Shown here: positions 36,914-40,004 of the stretch, piece after piece
Layout of the letters: each line of letters begins with the position of its first letter
Numbering within the stretch: position 1 is the stretch's first letter
Source of the DNA: Candidatus Phycocordibacter aenigmaticus
GTDB taxonomy: Bacteria; Patescibacteriota; Minisyncoccia; Phycocordibacterales; UBA2163
Reading direction: 5' to 3'
Length of the DNA: 40,004 nucleotides
NCBI GenBank assembly: GCA_002327585.1
Contig: DCWL01000002.1
Coordinates: 1-40,004, forward strand
Made by a program: the position numbers and the translations under genes
The notes under the pieces: generated by a model
Told to the model about the DNA's origin: nothing
Seen by the model: only the letters and a program-made list of their open reading frames with translations
Database searches by the model: none

Positions 36914-38173
36914 ATGACAATTGAGGATTTGAAAAAATTGAAAATTCCTGATTCCACTGGAGTATATCTTTTTGAGAAAGGCACTCGTGTGTTATATGTA
37001 GGTAAAGCAACATCACTTCAAGACAGGGTACAGAGTTATTTCAATAAAGGAATTATTGAAACACGCGGACAGTTGATACAAAAGATGGTTGAAGAAGCCG
37101 ACTTCATTGATTTTGTAAAAACAGACTCTGTACTCGAGGCGCTCATAATGGAAGCAAATTTGATAAAGAAATTTCAGCCTCGGTATAACACAAAAGAAAA
37201 AGATGATAAAAGTTTTAATTATGTTCTTATAACCCAGGAAGATTTTCCGCGTATACTTATTGTTCGTGGAAAAGATCTAGAAAAAAAATATTCTTCGCGT
37301 GATATCAAATATCTTTTCGGTCCGTTTCCTTATGGCGGGATTTTCAAGGATGCGATGAAAATTGTAAGAAAACTTTTTCCGTTTAGGGACATTTGCTCTC
37401 CTTACTCTGGCAAACCGTGCTTCAACAAACAACTTGGGCTTTGCCCGGGAGTATGCTCCGGAGAGGTGTCAAAGTCAGAATACAGGCGCACTATAAATCA
37501 CATAAAACTTTTCTTTGAAGGTAAAAAGTTGTCTCTTATAAAATCACTGGAGCAAGAGATGCTCTCTTACGCTAAAAAAAAGAAGTTTGAAAAAGCCGAA
37601 GCGGTGAAGAAAACCATATTCACACTCAAACACATCCAGGACGTTTCTCTCATTAAAGAAGAATTAAAGCCTATCAAAGGCAGCCCTCGGGAAATTTCCC
37701 GAAAGCTACCTTTGGATTCCTCGGATATTCGGGCATACCGCATAGAAGCGTATGATATTGCTCATATAAGCGGTTCAAATACGGTTGGTGGGATGGCGGT
37801 GGTGGAAAATAGCTGGATAAAAAAGTCAGATTATAGAAAATTCAACATCACAGACGAGATGTCTGGAAACGACACAGGTTCTTTAGAGGAGCTTTTGGAA
37901 CGTCGTTTGAAACATGACGAATGGCCCAATCCGCATCTGATTGTTGTTGACGGAGGAAAAGCGCAATATAATGTCGCGCAGAGGGTGCTGGAAAAATTTG
38001 GCTACAAAATAGCGATTGCTGCAGTTGTAAAAGATGAGAAGCATAAGCCAAAAGGAATTCTTGCTGATGAGAGTATAAAGACAAACTATGAAAAAGAAAT
38101 TCTGTTGGCAAACTCCGAAGCACACAGATTTGCTCTTTCATTTCATCGCAAAAAATCTTTTTGGAAAAAATAA
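36914..38173 (+). CDS. uvrC: excinuclease ABC subunit C (C-terminally short)
   Basis: GIY-YIG GVY…YVGKA, IEAYDIAH, VDGGKAQ, EAHRFA. Confidence 0.93.
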   Translation: MTIEDLKKLKIPDSTGVYLFEKGTRVLYVGKATSLQDRVQSYFNKGIIETRGQLIQKMVEEADFIDFVKTDSVLEALIMEANLIKKFQPRYNTKEKDDKSFNYVLITQEDFPRILIVRGKDLEKKYSSRDIKYLFGPFPYGGIFKDAMKIVRKLFPFRDICSPYSGKPCFNKQLGLCPGVCSGEVSKSEYRRTINHIKLFFEGKKLSLIKSLEQEMLSYAKKKKFEKAEAVKKTIFTLKHIQDVSLIKEELKPIKGSPREISRKLPLDSSDIRAYRIEAYDIAHISGSNTVGGMAVVENSWIKKSDYRKFNITDEMSGNDTGSLEELLERRLKHDEWPNPHLIVVDGGKAQYNVAQRVLEKFGYKIAIAAVVKDEKHKPKGILADESIKTNYEKEILLANSEAHRFALSFHRKKSFWKK

Positions 38174-38194
38174 TCGTGCTATACTTTCTATAAT

Positions 38195-39166
38195 ATGTCA
38201 TCAAAAATTAAAGTAGGAGTCATGCGCGGAGGCCCGAGCAGTGAATATGATATATCACTCAAGACTGGTGGAAGCGTGTTGAGGAATCTGCCGGAGGACA
38301 AATATGAAACCTACGATATTTTTATTTCAAAGGATGGAGAGTGGCATTTTCGTGGTACTCCGATTTCGCATCCTAAAATATTGACTCAAATTGATGTTGT
38401 GTTTAATGCAATGCACGGGCAGTACGGCGAGGACGGCACTGTGCAGAAGATTTTGGATTCTTTTGGAGTTCCTTATACCGGCTCCACAGCATTTGCATCC
38501 ACAGTGAGCATGAACAAGCTTCTTACAAAGCAGGGGATTGAGTCATGTCGTATAAATACTCCGGAGCATATAGTATTGGATTATTCAAAAGACTTAAAAA
38601 AAGATATTCTCAATATTTTTAGAAATTTTATACAACCTTCTGTGGTTAAACCAGTAATCGGCGGATCATCTATAGGAGTGACTATCGCAAAGGATTTTGG
38701 TAGCTTGATGGAAGGTGTTTATAAAGCATTGGAGTATTCACCAAGGATTTTAATTGAAGAATGTATAAATGGCAGGGAAGTCACATGTGGAGTTATAGAA
38801 GGATTCAGAGGTGAGAAACTATATGCTCTCATGCCAGTTGAGATAATCCCGCCAAAAAAGAGCGTTTTTTTTGATTATAATGCAAAATATAGTGGAGAGA
38901 CGCAGGAAGTTTGTCCAGCGCATCTTGATAGAGTTATAAAGGAAGAAATACAACGTATTGCAAAAGAAGTCCATAGAGAGCTTGGTTTAAGGCATTACTC
39001 CCGCTCAGACTTCATAGTAAGTCCTCGCGGAATCTATTTTCTTGAAGTCAACACGCTTCCGGGGCTAACGGAAAAATCTCTCGTTCCAAAGTCACTTTCT
39101 GCCGCTGGCTCTTCGCTTCCGGAGTTTTTGGATCATCTAATCGAACTTGCGATTCATGGAAAATAA
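38195..39166 (+). CDS. ddl: D-alanine-D-alanine ligase
   Basis: GGPSSEY..S, HGQYGEDG, GSSIG, FDYNAKY, LEVNTLPG. Confidence 0.96.
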   Translation: MSSKIKVGVMRGGPSSEYDISLKTGGSVLRNLPEDKYETYDIFISKDGEWHFRGTPISHPKILTQIDVVFNAMHGQYGEDGTVQKILDSFGVPYTGSTAFASTVSMNKLLTKQGIESCRINTPEHIVLDYSKDLKKDILNIFRNFIQPSVVKPVIGGSSIGVTIAKDFGSLMEGVYKALEYSPRILIEECINGREVTCGVIEGFRGEKLYALMPVEIIPPKKSVFFDYNAKYSGETQEVCPAHLDRVIKEEIQRIAKEVHRELGLRHYSRSDFIVSPRGIYFLEVNTLPGLTEKSLVPKSLSAAGSSLPEFLDHLIELAIHGK

Positions 39167-39196
39167 GGTAGAATAATCATTACATAATTTTAGTAT

Positions 39197-39269
39197 GGGC
39201 CCGTAGCTCATCTGGTAGAGCGCCTCATTTGCACTGAGGAGGTGGCGGGTTCGAGTCCTGTCGGGTCCA
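39197..39269 (+). tRNA. tRNA-Ala(TGC), CCA not encoded
   Basis: GGGCCCG/CGGGTCC acceptor stem with G3:U70; CCTCA-ttTGCac-TGAGG anticodon arm; GGTTCGAGTCC T-arm. Confidence 0.96.
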
Positions 39270-39276
39270 CACGAGT

Positions 39277-39305
39277 TGACATACTTACTTATGTATGTTA
39301 TTCTT
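39277..39305 (+). promoter_or_regulatory. promoter of orphan gene right after the tRNA
   Basis: TTGACA-17-TATTCT with TG extension. Confidence 0.75.
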
Positions 39306-39370
39306 ATTGTGAATTAGTTCTGTATCAAAAACTATAATTTTATCTAATCTTATTTGAAAGGAAGTGTGTT

Positions 39371-39826
39371 ATGAGACTTAAAGTTAAAGGAGGGACAGAA
39401 CCAACTGTTGAAGAAGCAAAAAATTGGATTGAAAAACAATTACAGGGGAAAATTGATATTAACAAAATAAAAGCGGATGTATTAGATATTCTTCTGAGAA
39501 GTCTGATTAGAGATGCCAGCAATATAGGGTATGGCTGGAGTAGTATAATCGGAATGGATGTAAAAGATGGTGTCATTGTCTATGCTTATACGTATAGCCT
39601 GACTGGATTTTTTGACATCTATTCAGACGATTTGTATATAAAATCAATTCAAATCGATGACAGCTCTGTTAATAGACGAGAAACTTCTTTAAAAAGAGAC
39701 AAAGTCCGTGAGATTCTTGGTAATGATTACGACAATGTTAAGATAAAACACATAGACAAGAAATCATTACAGGTTGAAGTTTCAATTAACGAAAAGGATG
39801 TTGAAACAATCAATGTAGTCTTATAA
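39371..39826 (+). CDS. hypothetical protein (151 aa), stand-alone cassette
   Basis: SD GAAAGGA at 39356-62; own promoter and downstream hairpin. Confidence 0.72.
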   Translation: MRLKVKGGTEPTVEEAKNWIEKQLQGKIDINKIKADVLDILLRSLIRDASNIGYGWSSIIGMDVKDGVIVYAYTYSLTGFFDIYSDDLYIKSIQIDDSSVNRRETSLKRDKVREILGNDYDNVKIKHIDKKSLQVEVSINEKDVETINVVL

Positions 39827-39846
39827 AACTATAGTTAAAATTTAAA

Positions 39847-39890
39847 CCACACCCACATTCTGTATAGGTCAGAAGAGTGGATGTTTTTTT
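39847..39890 (+). terminator. probable intrinsic terminator
   Basis: CACCCACATTCTG…CAGAAGAGTGGATG imperfect stem plus T7. Confidence 0.55.
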
Positions 39891-40004
39891 ATTTAACTCC
39901 TACTATGTGTTACTTCAAGAAACTTATTTCAAGCAACTAAACTGTATTTCTAACGACTTTCTCACCATTCAATAACGCACAACTCTCAAATATGTAAGTT
40001 TCTA

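Noticed and set aside
608-39576. Many 60-290-aa antisense or overlapping ORFs in the track (e.g. 3019-3879, 27943-28512, 13131-13613)
   Set aside because: They are shadows of well-supported genes, with Ser/Phe/Ile-rich antisense composition and no independent signals.
39938-40004. Open minus-strand frame at the window end (…ETYIFESCALLNGEKVVRNTV*)
   Set aside because: Too short and truncated to call as a gene.

Overview
AT-rich housekeeping region, most likely from a Patescibacteria/CPR (Parcubacteria-like) genome. This is inferred from gene order (fmt-def-priA, murA-mreB-rnhB-rpmF-nusB-rnc-smc, pheST-gyrB, thrS-dnaE, secG-SBP-rnj-MFS, uvrB-uvrA-uvrC-ddl-tRNA-Ala) and from truncated core proteins. 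No CRISPR array, transposase or integrase was seen. Four non-standard layers stand out. (1) Most core genes look leaderless (-10 hexamer 6-11 nt before ATG, no SD), whereas seven small orphan genes sit singly between them, each with its own promoter, a long leader, a strong SD and a terminator. (2) A ~95-nt putative sRNA between priA and def displays an anti-SD (UCUCCUUUCU) complementary to those orphan SDs. (3) One orphan cassette is flanked by 26-bp direct repeats resembling a tRNA-Asn 3' end. (4) Short palindromes sit in-frame in fmt, rnj, uvrB, uvrA and uvrC. A NusB-Nudix fusion is also present. All calls were made by eye with no database searches.
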